From assembly GCA_963756875.1 (NCBI GenBank), contig CAVWPA010000003.1:1312001-1376000 (forward strand): 64,000 bases of DNA, given 5' to 3'. Each line of letters starts with the position of its first letter. Positions within the stretch are counted from its first letter, which is position 1. A program made the translations under genes and the position numbers. This DNA is from an uncultured Verrucomicrobiae bacterium. Lineage in GTDB: Bacteria; Verrucomicrobiota; Verrucomicrobiia; Chthoniobacterales; UBA10450. The notes below the pieces were generated by a model. That model ran no database searches and had not been told where the DNA came from. It saw nothing but the letters and a program-made list of their open reading frames with translations. Shown piece by piece: positions 63,420 to 64,000 of this stretch.

Positions 63420-64000
63420 TTAAGCCGCTGTGCGATCGGGCTGTTCGCTTTCGATACCGTCGTTGTGAAACATTTCTGCGTGGTTTCCGCCTCCGTTAGC
63501 AGAAGGCGCAGACCCGCGGGTATTGGCTACGCCCGAGATGTCGGCCGGCGTGATTTTTCCCGAAATCGAATCGTCTATTTGGAAACGCGCGGTAAACTTC
63601 GCGCCTTGACCTGGTCCCTCGCTCTCCACTTCCAGAGTGCCCTCCTGCGCTTTTATTAAAGTACGCGCGATCGAAAGGCCCAGACCAAGACCGCCGTAGC
63701 GCGGATGAATAGACGAATCCCCTTGCTCGAACGGCGCAAAGATTCGCGAGAGCGCGTCTGCCGGAATGCCGATCCCGGTGTCGCTCACTTCGACAACAAG
63801 CCCGCCGTTTGCCTCGTTGCGAGTGATAACTGAAACCTTGCCGCCTTGCGGCGTGAACTTCAGTGCGTTGCCAATTAAATTCGAGAGAACCTGTTCGAGC
63901 TTGACCGCATCGGCTCGGATGTGGCTATGCCGAGCGTGCAATTGGAGGTCGATCCCAATTCTCGCCCCGTTTTGCTGACCCTCGAGATTCTTGAGAGCGA
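63420..64000 (-). CDS. sensor histidine kinase, HATPase domain (5' part outside the window)
   Basis: QVLSNLIGNALKFT, VSDTGIGI, IFAPFEQ, GLGLGLSI, GQGAKF. Confidence 0.92.
   Translation of the reverse strand, partial: ALKNLEGQQNGARIGIDLQLHARHSHIRADAVKLEQVLSNLIGNALKFTPQGGKVSVITRNEANGGLVVEVSDTGIGIPADALSRIFAPFEQGDSSIHPRYGGLGLGLSIARTLIKAQEGTLEVESEGPGQGAKFTARFQIDDSISGKITPADISGVANTRGSAPSANGGGNHAEMFHNDGIESEQPDRTAA

Overview
GC-rich bacterial DNA, inferred to be soil Verrucomicrobiota (Chthoniobacterales-like) from the PEP-CTERM protein, the C-terminal FYR-motif protein and the intergenic repeat style. It looks like an error-prone long-read or metagenomic consensus with many single-base frameshifts, so many genes were rebuilt by hand across frames and their ends are approximate. 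No searches were run: family calls come from motif recognition. There are two accessory defence islands. (1) At ~5.3-16.4 kb (minus strand), a type I R-M operon has a CBASS pair (SMODS/CD-NTase plus S_4TM effector), a stand-alone class III nucleotidyl cyclase and DarTG inserted between hsdS and hsdR. TA modules and an OLD-like ATPase lie nearby. (2) At ~47.5-51.6 kb (plus strand) there is a membrane protein, an N6/N4 DNA methyltransferase, a GHKL/MORC-like ATPase and a putative O-methyltransferase. The rest is mixed metabolic and envelope genes: mtnA, acr3/arsR, gltD-like, malic enzyme, carbonic anhydrase, two flavin halogenase-like genes, a Ytr-type ABC operon and a desaturase. Also present are a hidden UGA-containing peroxiredoxin-like selenoprotein with a SECIS-like hairpin, an unrecognised TA-like pair, and modular heptamer/hairpin repeats, some read in frame inside proteins. 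No rRNA, tRNA, CRISPR array, integrase or transposase was recognised.
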